This document shows, one piece after another, positions 63,487 through 64,000 of a stretch of DNA of 64,000 nt. Source of the stretch: Patescibacteria group bacterium (GTDB taxonomy: Bacteria > Patescibacteriota > Minisyncoccia > Phycocordibacterales > UBA918). The position numbers were made by a program, and so were the translations under genes. The notes under the pieces are model-generated. The model did no database searches, was not told the DNA's origin, and saw only the letters and a program-made list of their open reading frames with translations. The stretch's first letter is position 1; each line of letters begins with the position of its first letter. Location: the NCBI GenBank assembly GCA_038065355.1, contig JBBTRC010000005.1:30530-94529 (forward strand). Direction: 5' to 3'.

Positions 63487-64000
63487 TTAGAAACTCACCT
63501 TTACCGGTTCGCGCTCTACGCCGTTTTCTGGCAGTTCGAAAAATTGCGTTGATTTGAAATTGAAAGCGTTGCCAATGAGATTTGATGGGAATGACTGTAG
63601 GGCGATATTGAGGTCACGGACGTTGCCGTTGTAGAAGCGGCGGGCGGCTTGAATTTTATTCTCGGTGTCAGAGAGCTCACGCTGGAGTTCCAAGAAGTTG
63701 GTGTTGGCTTTAAGGTCTGGGTAATTTTCAGCAATCGCCAAAAGACGTCCCAGTGCGCCGGTAAGCGCTGCTTCGGCACCAGCCATGGCCGCCACTTGCT
63801 CCGCCGTCACTTTACCCGCATCAACATGAATTTGTGTGGCTTTGGCACGCGCTTGCGTTACGTTATCAAGCGTCTCGCGCTCATGCGCCGCATACCCTTT
63901 TACCGTCTCAATCAAGTTAGGGATGAGGTCGTAGCGACGCTTCAACTGTACATCGATATCTGCCCAGGCTTCTTTGGCGCGTTGAATGAGTTTGATGAAC
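63487..64000 (-). CDS. lemA: LemA family protein (5' end outside the window)
   Basis: AWADIDVQLKRRYDLIPNL..VKGYAAHE..ENYPDLKAN..RRFYN..FPSN. Confidence 0.95.
   Translation of the reverse strand, partial: FIKLIQRAKEAWADIDVQLKRRYDLIPNLIETVKGYAAHERETLDNVTQARAKATQIHVDAGKVTAEQVAAMAGAEAALTGALGRLLAIAENYPDLKANTNFLELQRELSDTENKIQAARRFYNGNVRDLNIALQSFPSNLIGNAFNFKSTQFFELPENGVEREPVKVSF

Noticed and set aside
14109-64000. Alternative genetic code 25 (TGA=Gly)
   Set aside because: Long genes are intact under code 11, and TGA ends several genes normally

Overview
Bacterial chromosomal window using the standard code (TGA is a stop). Gene content and style suggest a Patescibacteria/CPR (Parcubacteria-like) genome; this is an inference. 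Almost everything is on the minus strand. (1) About 1-37.7 kb is a large cell-surface locus. It has three membrane-anchored cohesin-like proteins, two dockerin-tailed proteins, two paralogous WxL-like subunits with long structured leaders and their own terminators, and two DUF916/DUF3324-like (WxL-interacting, chaperone-like) membrane proteins. It also has a 624-aa protein and a 5531-aa giant adhesin that share a C-terminal domain, an FN3 protein, a MacB-type ABC transporter and Hsp20. I propose it builds a fibre or surface lattice anchored by dockerin-cohesin pairing rather than by an usher or sortase; this is the main candidate new system. It carries a clear recombination scar (a synonymous-only duplicate of a gene 3' end plus a duplicated covarying leader) and an 11-bp-phased 5x TACAC array. 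(2) 37.9-49.1 kb: split umuC/umuD, a GH18 enzyme, a CAP protein, a class F sortase with its substrate, and an ECF sigma/anti-sigma pair. (3) 49.4-64 kb: a pseudouridine synthase lacking the catalytic Asp, an M23 peptidase, an LRR protein, typA, tfoX-like, ppa, an AT-rich islet (methyltransferase + queuosine-salvage protein) at tRNA-Ser(GGA), htpX, a MazG-like gene and lemA. Many resident genes look leaderless, whereas four orphan genes carry a full -35/-10 promoter, an SD and a terminator. All family calls come from motif recognition by eye, not from database searches.
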